Position numbers and translations under genes: made by a program
DNA from: the human T2T-CHM13v2.0 reference genome, Homo sapiens
DNA length: 64,000 nucleotides
Reading direction: 5' to 3'
NCBI GenBank assembly: GCA_009914755.4
Contig: CP068257.2
Span: 36,256,001-36,320,000 of the forward strand
Part shown: positions 12,828-26,131 of the stretch, in pieces
How positions within the stretch are numbered: position 1 is the first letter of the stretch
Layout: each line of letters starts with the position of its first letter
Notes under the pieces: model-generated
The model's database searches: none
What the model saw: only the letters and a program-made list of their open reading frames with translations
Told to the model about the DNA's origin: nothing

Positions 12828-13396
12828 GTGTCTTATGGTAGGCAGAATTCAAAGGTGGCCCCCAAGATCCTTGCTGCTTGGGGGACACACACCTGCTCCC
12901 AATTATCCAATCAAATGCTAAACAGAGACTTCTGAGAAGAAGAGATACAATTAAGATTCCCAATGAATTGACTTTAAGAGAGGGAGATGATCCTGTGGGG
13001 GCAGACCTGAGCACTTCAAAGTGACCCCATTCTTCCTTGCAAGAGAGATTTGAAACATGAGAGGGATTCAAAGCATGCAAGCCCACATGGAGGGGACACG
13101 TGGTGAGGCACTGAGACAGCAGTCCCAGGAGGGGAGCACAGTCTCCACCTGACAGCCACAAGAATGGGAATCTCAGTCCTGCAGCCTCAAGGAATTGAAT
13201 TCTGCCAACAGCCACGTGAGTTTGCAAGAGGACCCAGGAATGAATGCAGCCCTGCTAACACCTTGATTTCAGCCTTGGGCAAAGCCCAGCCAAGCCTGCA
13301 CTTCTGACATCTGGAAGCTGTGAGATGATCAATGGATGGTACTGCAAGATGCTAAGTTTGCAGTCACTTGTTATGCAGCAGTAGATGACTACTGCA
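12828..13396 (+). mobile_element. MaLR/MLT-type LTR
   Basis: Starts TGTCTTATGGTAGGCAGAATTCAAAGGTGGCCCCCAAGATCC and ends ...GGAAGCTGTGAGATGATCAATGGATGGTACTGCAAGATGCTAAGTTTGCAGTCACTTGTTATGCAGCAGTAGATGACTACTGCA. This parallels the MLT/MER-type LTR termini (TGTTATGG... to ...TTTGTTATGCAGCAATAGAAAACTAATACA). Confidence 0.5.
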
Positions 13397-16300
13397 TGCC
13401 TTCTGCCCTCCAAACTTGCCTTTCTCGAGGTTATTTTCCTTTATAATTTATTAACACATGGCATCACCAGGCTCATGAATTGCACCAAGGAGTCCTGGGA
13501 AGGCTGTTATCTCTTGGTGGATAAAATGACACGATTTGCTTATTACGGATCCAACAGACATTCTCCCAGAGCAGAGTGGGCTGGAAAGAATGAGGATCCT
13601 CCACTTCTCAAGACTCTTTTTGCTACCTGCTGCCAAAATTCCTAGCCTGTTAACCACAGCTCTCCAAAAAATTGGGGGTAGGGGAAAGCTTATATTTTTT
13701 AAAAACCCAACTCTTGATCTTTTGTTATCAGAGCTCCAAGTTAACCTAACTCTGCACCAGAGGCCTGGGTCATGTTTAATGCTGGACTAGAGTATGCAGC
13801 TGCTCACTCTTACTGAGACACCCTTGGTTTCTCAGTGTTGCCTGGTGACAGCCAGACACCTGGGCACCACCTGCAGGTCCTTGCTGCCATGGACCAGTAG
13901 CTTTTCCCCGAAAGTAAGAAAACAGAGTTAATAATTTGGGTTTGGGGATGGATCATCCTGGGTCTTTCCAAGCTCCTTAAAGAATCTCATGTAATTAGAG
14001 CTAACCTGTCCCAATTTCAAATCAAAAGGTAACATGATTAATATACTCTAAAAATAGAGGTAGCTAAAGGCACTTTTAATAAGGCATCACGCATATAGGC
14101 TACTTTTAAGTATAACCTACGATTAAGTCTCTGGATTTGCCCGCTGAAGGAAGCTGAAATTGAGAACCCCTCTTAACAGACGAAGAGCTGCCTGCTGCCT
14201 CTCCATTTTCACTTTGCAACTCTTCAGCCTCCTTCAAAGCCTAGCTGTCACTCTGGCTTCAGAGCCATTTCTAGAACCTCTGGCTTCCACTTTTTGAGGG
14301 CTGGAATCGTGACTTTCAGGTATCTTTTCCCCAGCCCCTAGCAGTTTGCTGACACACAGAAAGCCCTCAGGGAATGTTGATTTAATTAGTTAAAATTCAA
14401 CTATTTCCCCCACCACCTGATCCAACCTTGTTTTTTTTTTTTTTTTTCTTTTCTAAATTTCACTCATCCTCTGTTCCGGCTGACAGACAGTAGTGTGGGC
14501 CATCCACCCCCACTCCCAGGAAGAAAGCCCTTCCTTCCCTCTCCTACCCTCACCACTGCCTGAAGGCTTCTGAGCCTGCTTGGGAAGCTCAGCTATGGTC
14601 TCCTGGTGACCAAGGAGTTTCCTGCATCCTGTTATCCCCTGCTGAGAACTTTGGTCAAGTCACCCTTGTGTGGGAGGCTCCCAAAGTGAAATAACTCTTA
14701 GACCAACCTTGTAAAGAACCACGGTAGGGCTGCTCTGTTTTATAGCCATACCTTACCCCAGAGTTAGCACAGGGTCCTGTATTGACTAACCCTCCCCCAG
14801 CCCCATCCTCATGCCTGGTTATGAATCCCAGGTTGGCTTCCTGCAAAACCAAGCCCCTTCCAAGTCGGGTTATAGTTTTCAGTGGTTGCTATCATGCATC
14901 CACTCCTCAAATCTTTTTTAAGTGCCCCTTATAGGCCAGTTACTGTTCCAGGTACTGAAACTCAGCAGTGAATAAGACAAAGTCCTTGCCTTCATGGAGC
15001 TTGCATTTTGGTGGGAGATAAAAGCCAGAAATAACAGCTGTGTATTCTAGCTGTAACCTAAATCTCAGGAAATGTTACGTGCTGTAAATTCAAGATGTGT
15101 AAGAAGATAATGAGTGATGTGTGGTGGTGATTTTAGGGTGGTCTGGGATCCCCTCTCTGATGAGATGACCTTCAAGAAGAAACAGGATGGATGTGAAGGG
15201 GCAAATTTTACAAAGTTCTGGGGAAAAAGGTGATCTGGAGAGGGATCTGTAAGTGCAAAGATCCTGAGGTTAGAACAAACTTGACTTCCAGCCCTTCACC
15301 ATGAAAAATGCCTCAATGATTGAATATAGCTTCTCTTTTTCCTATCCTGCAGAATGTGGAAGGAAAGTCACGGGAGCTGGGTCAAGGCAAAGGAAGACAA
15401 GATCAGAGGAAGCCTTCACCTGCTTGTTGGGCAGGTGGCCTCTGAAGCTGTGTGGGCCTGAGGCAGTCAGCCAGGCTGGCCAGACCAAGGCTTGTTGCTG
15501 CCATAGCTGGAGCTGTGTAGGGAAGGTGGGATGAGATGCCATGGGACTCCTGGTCACTCTGAGACAGGCTGTTCCCAATTGTCTCCATGACAGGCCCATG
15601 AAAACCAAGGCTGGCTATTCTGGACTTAGTGGGGTTGATGGGGATTGCAGGTGGTGTGTGTAACACAGGCAGCCTCACTACATGGTGCGTGTGATTTTGG
15701 GGTGCTGGTAACCCTTTCTGATTCCCCTCAGACACTTTCCTCTCTCTCTTCTTCTACTGCTCCCACATCATTCTCAGTAATTCCCTTTTCCCCTTCAGCC
15801 TCTCCATCATTCAAACCACAGGCTGAAGCTAATTGGCCCAGGAACAAAAAGAACACTACAAGAACAGATAGCAACATTCTTAGCTTTGACACCCCAGATA
15901 GTCTTGGAAGTCTGGGTTTTGGAATACAAGGGCCAGATGGATTTTTTTTAAGTTCTCCAAAGGTTGACTTTGGAACCAGGCACTAGACCTTGGAAAACTT
16001 AGAGCATAAAGATTTGGAAAGAAGATATGATGTTGTAACAGCAGTTTTCTCAACAAATAGAAGATAAGAATCCTACCATGGGGATGGGAGGAAGGTGGAT
16101 AAAATTTGGCAAGGAGAGAAGGATGTATGGGGCCCATGCCCAGCCATCTCCGTGAAGTTGGAGACCTGGTGGGGCAGGAGATACGAGCCCATGGGTGAGT
16201 TTGGGGATCACAACGCAGAAGAGATCTGCACCTCATTTGTTCATACGTGGCCCAGAGAGCTCGTAAACCAGTTAGTGAGCCCCACTCCTAGTACTGAAAG

Positions 16301-17024
16301 TTGGAGTGACAGGTGGGGTGTGCACCAGCAGAGGTGTGTGGTTTGGACAAGCAGCCAGGCCATGCTGCGGCCTAAGCAGCAGACAGAGCCGGGAGACTGA
16401 GGTCATCAAGGTATAACCTGAGGCCATCAAGTTACACCTCAGTGGAGTTCACAGAAGTTGAGACCTCAGGCCAGAAGCCTGCTTCCTCTCTCCACCTGAC
16501 ACCATAAGGCTATGTCAGCCTTCCCCAAACCCACTTGCTGTCTGCAAGAAGGAAGGTAGGAGATGCTGAGGGTGGGGCATCCTGAAACCTTGACCTGTGT
16601 GGGTGGTGGCTTCAAAATCAGATGTGAACCACACGTGACTGAGGGAACCTTAAACTGGCAAGTTGTTCTGCTACTCCCTAGATATGGGGGCTTGTGAGCT
16701 AAGTGGAGTTCAGGTCTAAAGAAACGAGGTTCTACCTCTGGATGTTTTGAGGTTTGTGTTTGTGAGATTCCTATCTGCAATCCCTCACAAATTGTCTCAA
16801 CAGGCAGAAGAGCCTATCATTTTATGATAAGAAACGAGCCTCAATGTTTGACAAGCAAGGAGCCCTCCAGAATCCCCATGCTGCATTCCTTGGTGCAGGC
16901 TTTAATAGGAGGAGGTGACGGCAGAAGAACAGGGTAAGAGGGGAGGGCTGGGCTGGGGAAAGGGGTGGGTGTGGTTCACCATTTTGCCCAGGGCCGGCTG
17001 ACCCTGAGAAGAAGGTTTTGGGTG

Positions 17025-17470
17025 GTGTTCCTAGAGGGCTGCCATGACAAAGTACTACAACCTGGGTGGCTTTAACAACAAACATTCATTCTTTCAGTTC
17101 TGGAGGCCAGAAGCCCCAAATCAAGGTGTCTGCAGGGCCACACTCCCTCTGAAGGCTCCAGGGAAGAATCCACTCCATGCCTTTGTCTGAGCTTCTCACT
17201 GGCCAGCAACCCTTGGCATTCCTTGATGTGTCTACAGACCCATCACTCCAATCTCTGCCACCATCTTCACATGGTCTTCCTCTCTCATGGCCATCCCATT
17301 GTCTCCTCTTTTAAGCACACCAGTCATACTGGATTAACATTCACCCTAATGACCTCATCTTAACTTGGTTACATCTGCACAAACCCTATTTCCAGGTAAA
17401 GCCACATGCATAGGTACCAGGCATTAGGCCTTGAGTATGTCTTTTTGAGGGACACAATTCAACTCAGTGA
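17025..17470 (-). mobile_element. MLT1-like MaLR LTR, minus orientation
   Basis: The plus strand reads GGGCTGCCATGACAAAGTACTACAACCTGGGTGGCTTTAACAACAAACATTCATTCTTTCAGTTCTGGAGGCCAGAAGCCCCAAATCAAGGTGTCTGCAGGG...CTAATGACCTCATCTTAACTTGGTTACATCTGCACAAACCCTATTTCCAGGTAAAGCCACATGCATAGGTACCAGG...GAGGGACACAATTCAACTCAGTGA, the reverse complement of the MLT1 consensus. Confidence 0.6.
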
Positions 17471-17556
17471 GCTAGCCTGCACAAATTCATTTTTTTTCTT
17501 CCTATTTCTGGATGCTGGGTTTAGATAAATCAGCCTGAAAAATTTATATACTTCCA

Positions 17557-17927
17557 TATTAGTCTTCTCATATTGCTAATAAAGACATACCCGAAACTGG
17601 GTAATTTATAAAGGAAAGAGCTTTAATTGACTCACAGTTCAGCATGGCTGAGGAGGCCTCAGAAAACTTACAATTATAGCAGAAGAGGAAGCAAGCACAT
17701 CCTTCTTCACACGGCAACAGGAGGGAGAAGTGCCAAGCAAAGGGGGAAAAGCCCCTTATAAAACCATCAGATCTCATGAGAACTCCCTCACTATCATGAG
17801 AATAGCATGATGGTAACTGCCCCCATGATTCAATTACTTCCCACCAGGTCCCTCCCATGACTAGTGGGGATTACGGGGACTACAATTCGAGGTGAGATTT
17901 GGGTGGGAACACAGCCAAATCACATCA
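17557..17927 (-). mobile_element. THE1/MST-like MaLR LTR, minus orientation
   Basis: ATATTAGTCTTCTCATATTGCTAATAAAGACATACCCGAAACTGGGTAATTTATAAAGGAAAGAGCTTTAATTGACTCACAGTTCAGCATGGCTGAGGAGGCCTCAGAAAACTTACAATTATAGC... ends ...GTGGGAACACAGCCAAATCACATCA, the reverse complement of THE1-type LTR. Confidence 0.7.
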
Positions 17928-18726
17928 ACTTCTCAAAAGAGTTTTACAGTCAATTCACATTTCTAAGTAAAAGAGCTTAAGACCTATTTTAACCTACGAC
18001 ATAAAAGACTTCTGCTTTCGTGGCCTCCTGTTGCCCTGGAAGACACTCCTGCAAGAAGGCTGACCTGCCTTCAGCTGCATGTCTGTACAGCAAACCCACT
18101 CAAGGTTTGACACAAACCTTCTATGTGTGAAACACATGCTGAGATTTCTGATTTCTGAGAGTTGAAAAGAACCATGCAATTGTAAATCATGTACAAAGGA
18201 ATAAAACATGGCGGCTCTGTGTGTCAAAAGGTTTTCCCCTGCAAGTCCCACAGACATGGGGAGTGCATCACATCGGTACAATTCAGGAGAACACTGCCTC
18301 TGACTCTGCCCGCCTCCCCCGCATCCAAGCAAGCAGCCAACAAACAAAACAAGCCCCAGTGAAGCTGTAGCCTACTGTGGGTTTCCAAAAACCTTTACAG
18401 AATCGAATCTGGCAAGATGGCACATGGGGGCAACCTTAATAAAAATCTTTCCTGTAAAATATTGCGCATTGAAAGTCAGGTTATAAATTCTGGAAATTTC
18501 TCCCTAAAGTTAAACACAAGGGATCCTGAGGGTTTACTCTGATCTCCTGAATCTAACTGTACGATGCTCACCTACCTATCTCAGAAAGGTGAGTGACAGA
18601 AGGACTGGGAAGCAGGGAAGGCATAGGGGACGGGCTTTCCTCCTTGCTTTCATAGGATACTTTCACAGGTGGGCCTCTCAGCTGTGTGCTGGATGGATGA
18701 AAGGTGAGCAGGTTTTGCAAAGGCAG

Positions 18727-18893
18727 GTTAGGGGAACCACACACAGACACACACAGGCAAAGACACACACACAGAGACAGGTACAGACACACATAAACAT
18801 GCACACATAGACACAGAGACAGATACGAACACAGACACGCATAGACAAACACACAGGCACACATGCACGGACACAGGCATGTACACTCTGCAC
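18727..18893. repeat. Degenerate (CA)n / (ACAGACAC)n-like tract
   Basis: cacacacagacacacacaggcaaagacacacacacagagacaggtacagacacacataaacatgcacacatagacacagagacagatacgaacacagacacgcatagacaaacacacaggcacacatgcacggacacagg. Confidence 0.85.
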
Positions 18894-19384
18894 TGTACAC
18901 GATGTCATTTTAGGTGTAGTGAGAATAATTTTATATAGAGATCAAAATTTTGCCTCATATCTATGAATGGTTCCGACTAGCTAGAAAACCATGGATGATT
19001 AAGCACTGCTTAGAAATGTGTCCCTAAAATCTACAAAGTTAAAAAAATCCCTTAATATGTATTTTAATTTGTGTAACAGGGGATTTATGAATTGAGTACT
19101 TGTAGGCTGTTTGGGTGAGAACATTTCCAGGCTTTCTTAGACCCAGCTGAACCTAGGAAGACCCTAGGGGGCCCAGGTTGCAAGTGTTTGAACTACCAGA
19201 TACCAAGCCCTCTCAGTGACCCCCTCATATATAAATTTTAAAGGCTTGAATATCCAAGTGCCAAAGTCGATCATTTGAGATAAGGGCCTCAGCTCTGCAT
19301 TTCACTCTTTCTTCTTGCAGCTGCTGTTCCTGTTGGAGGTAGCAAGGACATTGGTGCTGATGCTGGCGGCAGTTGTGGTGGTGC

Positions 19385-19452
19385 TGGGCTGGGTGTGGGT
19401 TGATGGTCTCAAGTGTGGGATGGGGAAGGGGTGTGGGATGGTGGGGGTGGAG
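19385..19452 (+). other. G-rich run with multiple GGG/GGGG blocks (candidate G-quadruplex-forming sequence)
   Basis: ctgggctgggtgtgggttgatgg...tgtgggatggggaaggggtgtgggatggtgggggtggag read directly. Confidence 0.4.
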
Positions 19453-20278
19453 ACACGCATCACATGACTCTCAGATGATTCTTGGCAATAAGAAGACAAA
19501 GATTTTCATGTTGGGAGCTTAAACACTGAAGAATTTGCAGGTATCTTTTTAAAGCATTCTTGTGATTCTTCTTTAAATCAATGGTTCTCAACCCTGGCTG
19601 CCTGCTACAACCATGTGGGAGCTTTTGAAACATACCAGTGCAGAGACTGTTCCCCATTGTAATTCTGATTTAATCAGTCTAGGGTTTTAGAGTGAGGAGC
19701 TCTTCAGGAGATGCAAATGTGCAGACAGGGCGTTGAATCATTTCAGGTCAAATGGGGCATCCCAATACAGCAGTAAGAGTGAGAGGGAGCCCTGGGCACA
19801 GCCATTTCTTCTGCAGGAACAGCACTGATGTGGTCCTGGCTGATCGTAAAGTCACCTACCTCAGTTTTTAATAGTTATTACAAAATATTTCAAGCATTCA
19901 GGAAATTATATGGAATTTCTATGCTCTGACCTCCAGGTTTAATGACTGTTAGTATCTGGCTATATTTCTTGTTTATTAGTTTAGAAAATACAGCTGTAAA
20001 AAAATCTGGTGGCTCTGACTGGGTTGGGAAATTTGGGATACCTTTGGGCAAAATGTATTGAGAAGACAGGCTGCTCACTTAGGTCCCTGCTGGGTCATTT
20101 GCACTTTAGTATAAGTGAGGCAACAGGGTGAAGGCAATGGTAGAGACTTAAGGTTGGGCAAAGATGGGGAGGCAAGTTGGGAAAAGGGGTGCAGAATGGG
20201 CATAGGGCTTAGGATGTCTATGGCAACCCCAGGTTGTCCACTGTTGACCCTGGCAATGAGGTAAAATCTTTTCACTGA

Positions 20279-20663
<385 letters not shown>

Positions 20664-20707
20664 GTTTCTTTCATAGTCTTATGTTACATTCCTGGGTACC
20701 CTTTTGA

Positions 20708-21013
<306 letters not shown>

Positions 21014-21892
21014 CTGTTCCCCCTATTTTCTAGGGAAATGTTGACTTCTTTGGTCCATACCTTCTTGCAACAGCACTCGGCTCCAGCACTGTGTGTATAA
21101 ATGGCAGCCTGTGCCCTCTCTCACCTACGGCTGGAGAAGCCTTTTTTTTTTTTTTTCCTGTGCCTTTCCTTATTTGGAGTTGATGCTTTTTGACATTTCT
21201 GTCCAACAAATACTACCTTGGGTTCTGGATTATATTCCTACGGAAGCAGCTGACATTTCTTTGATCCTTCCATTTGAAAATATTTATTTTAAAAAGATTG
21301 AGAAAGGTAGAATTGACTTCTAAAATACTTCAATAAATAACCACTTTCAAGTTGCCATGATTCACTTTGGCAGAGAGATGCTATAGACAGATAACCCAGA
21401 GCAATGTCAAAAATAGACACAAACGAACCCTGCTCAATTCTGGCCTCTTCCTTTCTCTTTCTTTTCACTGATTCTATTCAACATCCTGCCTTCTGCAATC
21501 TTAACATGATCTGTTAAATTATGGTATAATCAAAACCCTGTCACCCTCCATCACTTATAACTTCAGGAAGCCTTATAATTCTTGCTTAACCATTCAACAA
21601 AACAAACATATCAGGGGATGGTCTAGCAAGCTTAGTTCTAGAAGCTTATTTATCCTTCTTTGATATCTGTCTAAACTCATACAAAGGAACACAAGTCACT
21701 TAGCAGATATGTGGAAGTTAGGTACAGCCTTGCAACATCACAATCACCAGGGAGCTTGCTGGAAAATGCAGAATCCCAGGCCCCACCCCCGATCTACTGA
21801 ACCAGGATCTGCATTTTAACAAGAGCCCCAGATAACTGCTGTGCACATTGAGGTTTGAGAAACACTAACTTACAGCATAAAAATCAACACTT

Positions 21893-22190
21893 GGCTGGGT
21901 GTGGTGGCTCACGCCTGTAATCCCAGCACTTTGGGAGGCCGAGGCAGGTGAATCACAAGGTGAGGAGTTCAAGACCAGCCTGGCCAAGATAGTGAAACCC
22001 TGTCTCTACTAAAAATACAAAAAAATTAGCTGGGTATGGTGGTGGGTGCCTGTAATCCCAGCTACTTGGGAGGCTGAGGCAGAGAACTGCTTGAACCCGG
22101 GAGGCGGAGGTTGCAATGAGCTGAGTTCGTGCCACTGCACTCCAGCCTGGGCGACAGTGAGATTCCATCTCAAAAAAAAGAAAAAAAAAA
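21893..22190 (+). mobile_element. Alu, full length, plus orientation, flanked by TSD ~AAAATCAACA
   Basis: GGCTGGGTGTGGTGGCTCACGCCTGTAATCCCAGCACTTTGGGAGGCCGAGGCAGGTGAATCACAAGGTGAGGAGTTCAAGACCAGCCTGGCCAAGATAGTGAAACCC...CCAGCCTGGGCGACAGTGAGATTCCATCTCAAAAAAAAGAAAAAAAAAA. aaaaatcaacactt precedes the element and aaaatcaacattg follows it. Confidence 0.9.
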
Positions 22191-22466
22191 TCAACATTGT
22201 ACCACTCAGCTCCCTCATGCAGCATTAACTTACCTGCCTAGAAAATGTGGCTTTACTACTTTTGACGCTGCTTTTAGGTCCCCTCTAGGTGAGGCAGTTT
22301 TAGGGAAAAAAAGCACCAATGATACAAGCATTTTCTTCAAATTTCTTTTGTTAATGTGAGAGTGATAATTACAGTCTCACCAGTTTTTTTTTAAAGAATC
22401 TAGAGATGTCCACTTTATTTTAAAATTATGTTCACAGTGTCATATTTTCTATTTTCCTCTTCTTCA

Positions 22467-22581
22467 GAGATGGGATCTTGCTATGTTGCCCAGATTGGTC
22501 TCAAACTCCTAGGTTCAAATGATCCTCTGGCTTCAGCCTCCTGAGTAGCTGACATTACAGATGCAAGTCATTGTGCCCAGC
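22467..22581 (-). mobile_element. Alu left-monomer fragment (FLAM-like), minus orientation
   Basis: GAGATGGGATCTTGCTATGTTGCCCAGATTGGTCTCAAACTCCTAGGTTCAAATGATCCTCTGGCTTCAGCCTCCTGAGTAGCTGACATTACAGATGCAAGTCATTGTGCCCAGC. Confidence 0.7.
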
Positions 22582-23436
22582 TCCATATTTTCCATTTTCT
22601 AACTAAAATGACATATGCTAAGCAGGGGAGAGAAATACACAGAACTTCCAAGCTATAGCAGTTCAGCTTCTTTCTAAAACCCAAATAATAGCCCTGGGAT
22701 TTAGAGATGAGCAGGAGAAGGGCTTTTCTTAAGGATTCAGGAGGCAACACGGCTTTGTCCTTAAAGACCTTAATGATCATGCCTTATCTTGCCAACTTTA
22801 GCTGCCTAGAAATGTGAAGGGCTTAGAAACAGCCAGGGCTGAGTGGGGTGCAGCTAGCTTCAATATGACCCCATTAGTAGCACCTTTGGAGGTGTCTGCT
22901 CCTAGTGGGAGAAGTATGACCAGACTTTTGAATAGAACCAGCTTTGTTTCTGGCTGAAGATGACATCCTTGCTTTAGTAAATCCTCCTCTCCATGATCCA
23001 ACATTTCTCTCCTTGACCCATCCCCATTTCTAGCTACCTTCACTGACCCCATAGAGGTCATTCTTTGGAAGCACCTGAAATAAAAGATGCACAGCCCTTT
23101 CCTCCTCTGTCCCTCCCACCTGGTGAAAGAGGCAGACTTTCCCATTAACCTGCCCTCAGGGTGAAGTACATTGTCCTGATTACTTCAGTAAAGAGGAACA
23201 TTGGAATGAAGGTACCCCAATCAGGGAGGCTGTGTGATGAAGACAAAGGGCTTCAGAGCCATCTCCCTCCCTCTCCTGCCCTGACAGTGGTGCCCCATTC
23301 CCCATTTTTAAAAGTTGGAAATCTGAGGCAAAGCCTTATTGTAAAATGTTGCAGTTTCTCAGGTATTCCCAGGGTGAAATCTCACCCCTAAAATCAGAAA
23401 CTTTCTCACAAGTCTGATAAATGCCTGCAGGCTCAT

Positions 23437-23857
23437 TGTATTACGCCGTTCTTGGACTGCTATAAAGAAATGCCTGAGACTGGGTACTTTATAAAGAAAA
23501 GAGTTTTAAGGGGCTCACGGTTCTGCAGGCTGCACAGGAAGAATGATGCTGGCATTTGCGGCCTCTGGGGAGGCCTCAGGAAACTTACAATCATGTCGGA
23601 AGGAAGAGGTGAGAAGCAGGCACGTCACATGACAAGAGCAGGAGGAAGAGACAGAGGGGGAGGTGCCACACACCTTTAAACAACCCGATCTCGTAAGAAC
23701 TCACTCACTATGGCGAGGATAGTGCATGGATGGTGTTAAACAACTTATGAGAAATTCGTCTCCATAATCCTATCACCTCCTTCCAGGCCCCAACTCCATT
23801 ATTAGGATTACAACTCAACATGAGATCTGGGCAGGGACAGAGACCTAAACTGTATCA
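23437..23857 (-). mobile_element. MaLR LTR (THE1/MST-like), minus orientation
   Basis: TGTATTACGCCGTTCTTGGACTGCTATAAAGAAATGCCTGAGACTGGGTACTTTATAAAGAAAAGAGTTTTAAGGGGCTCACGGTTCTGCAGGCTGCACAGGAAG...CCTCAGGAAACTTACAATCATGTCGGAAGG...ends ...CAGGGACAGAGACCTAAACTGTATCA. This is the reverse complement of an MST/THE1-type LTR. Confidence 0.65.
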
Positions 23858-25847
23858 CCCATGCTAACTGCTGAGGCTTCTGAAGCCCTTCGTAGGGTGC
23901 CAGAAGCCACCTGTCTGGTCATCGTGCACACACCTGTTTCCACCTGAGATGACCAGGCTGATGTGGGGCTGACTGCTTCTCACCTGCCTGGCATGGGGTT
24001 CGGCTGTGTCTTTGCTAGTGGTGCCTGGAACATTACGGGCACGGAACATGCATTTTCTTGTGGGCCGTGAAGGTGCAGAGGCCACTTTTCTTGGGTCTCC
24101 AGGTGAACCTTGGGACTGTGTTACCACTAGGAGGGCAGAGCTGTCACCCCCGATTCCTGGGGGAGACTCAAGGGTGGCACGTGGGCTTGGGGATGAACAA
24201 ACTCATGGAAGCCTTGTAGGAACACTCAGGGTTTCTCTGGCAGGAGCCAGTGTCTGTCAGAGGAAGAGACAAGCTGACAGCCTTTGACAGAGAAGACACC
24301 CGGGCCCCAGAGGCAGCGGAGGACCCCAGGCTGACAGACACACCTCCACCAAAAACAGAGGCAAGCTGACAGTGCCTGGAGCTCACGGTTTGCTTCAGAA
24401 AAGGCACCTGAGCTTCAAAAAGGAAAAGAAGAAATGAGTGCCCACAGCCAGGCTGCTGGGAATTCATCCAGGAGCTGTGGCACTGCTGGGGAGGGCCAGA
24501 AGCCGGGGCTCCTGCCAGAGCCAGGAGGGCAGCTGGTAGCTGGTTCGTGTGGGAGGCTGAGCTTTGCCTGTAGGAACAAACACTGTGGCTGCTCTTGCTA
24601 AGGTATTTAAACAGCATCTCAATGCTGGGCTGACAGTTTTTGGGTATAACTGGGTTCTCTCCATTCTACAAGGCCACTTTGGCTTCTAAGAAGGCAGCTC
24701 TAAAAAGAAGTCCCCTCTCCTATTACCTTACAGAACCCCCATTGGTGCGTGGACTCCTCCCCTTGCTTAGTGTGGGAGCCCCACCCAAGGTGCAGCCCAG
24801 CAGGGAGACAGAACAGTGTTGTTCAGTCCTGGCTGGAAGGTGTGTGCACAGTGACCCCCGATGACAGCCAAATCCATCCAGGTACAGCAATGGCAATGAG
24901 CAGAGGGAGCCTCAGCCCAAAGCTTCCCATGCTGGGAGAAATGACCCACCACACAACACTTTCTTTCTAGAAGCAAAGTTGTCTGTTCCACTGCCTTGTC
25001 TAAAATCTTGCTTTAGCTGCTGACTGGCTCTGAGAGGCCACCTATGGTCCTGATCCTGGTGCTCTCCGTGCCCTGTGGCCTGTCCCCATTTCCCCAAAGC
25101 AGACCTTTCTTCACACTCTCTCCCTGGGATTGTACTCCATTGTCACACTGCCCTCTAGTCCCTCACTTTTCTAAGCCTCTGTCCCCAGGGCTACCTCGGA
25201 TTTCCTGCATCCATCAGGGAAGTCTCTGCCTTTGAAGTCCTGGCTCAACCAGGGGTCCGTGCAGACTGGACAATCGCATGTGTCCATCTCAGGGACAGGC
25301 TTATCATCACAGCCATTGTATTCTGTACCACCTGTTAGTATAAAAAGTCTTTTGCATCTGTTTTCCCAAAGTTGCCACAGCACTTAAGACCCAGTGGGAT
25401 CCAACCCCTATTTGCTACGGGAGTAAAAATTAAGTGAGATGGGAAATCACTCCTGAGTTGGAGATCATGAGAAAGAAGAAGGGAAGATTCCTATTAAATG
25501 ACTGTTATTCAAGTGAACCTTGGACATTGGGCTGTGTGTGCTCACTACTGTGGGTTCTCCATGTTGACCGCCCTTTAAAACCATCTGGGAGGCTCGATGA
25601 AGTATCCGTGTGGGAAGGGGAAGGCAGAGCGTGATGGGGGCCACCACACATGGTGTGTCTGAGCAGCTTTGGTTGCTGACGCTAGCCTGGCATCTGTGGA
25701 ATCTGATTTGTACATTTGAGTGGCCATGAAATGGGCTCTAGTGCCCTTACCGGTCATGGAAAGTTCTATTCCAGGTAGGCCACTGCAGAGTGTCTGTCAA
25801 GGATTGTTCCCATTGGATTTCATTTCTTTTAAATTTCAAAAATGCCA

Positions 25848-26131
25848 GTATTGGGAGGCCAAGGTGGCTAGATCACGAGGTCAGGAGATCGAGACCAGCC
25901 TGGCTAACATGGTGACATCCCATCTCTACTAAAAATACAAAATTAGCCAGGCATGGTGGCACATGCCTATAGTCCTAGCTATCTGGGAGGCTGAGGCAGA
26001 AGAATAGCTAGAACCCAGGAGGCGAAGGTTGCAGTGAGCCAAGATCACGCTACTGGACTCCAGCCTGGCTGACAGAGCAAAGACTCCATCTCAAAAGAAA
26101 AAAAAAAAAAAGAAAAAAAGAAAAAGAAAAA
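25848..26131 (+). mobile_element. Alu, 5'-truncated, plus orientation, with an A-rich tail that includes (GAAAAA)n
   Basis: TTGGGAGGCCAAGGTGGCTAGATCACGAGGTCAGGAGATCGAGACCAGCCTGGCTAACATGGTGACATCCCATCTCTACTAAAAATACAAAATTAGCCAGGCATGGTGGCACATGCCTATAGTCCTAGCTATCTGGGAGGCTGAGGCAGAAGAATAGC...CCAGCCTGGCTGACAGAGCAAAGACTCCATCTCAAAAGAAAAAAAAAAAAAGAAAAAAAGAAAAAGAAAAAG. Confidence 0.85.

Noticed and set aside
12607-13227. 206-aa minus-strand ORF
   Set aside because: It lies almost entirely within the MaLR/MLT-type LTR at 12828-13396 and its flank. It is a repeat-derived open frame with no similarity to known proteins that I can recall.
18568-18908. Cys/Val-rich 110-aa and 76-aa minus-strand ORFs, and 73-aa His/Thr/Gln-rich plus-strand ORF
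   Set aside because: These are translations of the degenerate (CA)n/(ACAGACAC)n tract. They are compositional artefacts.
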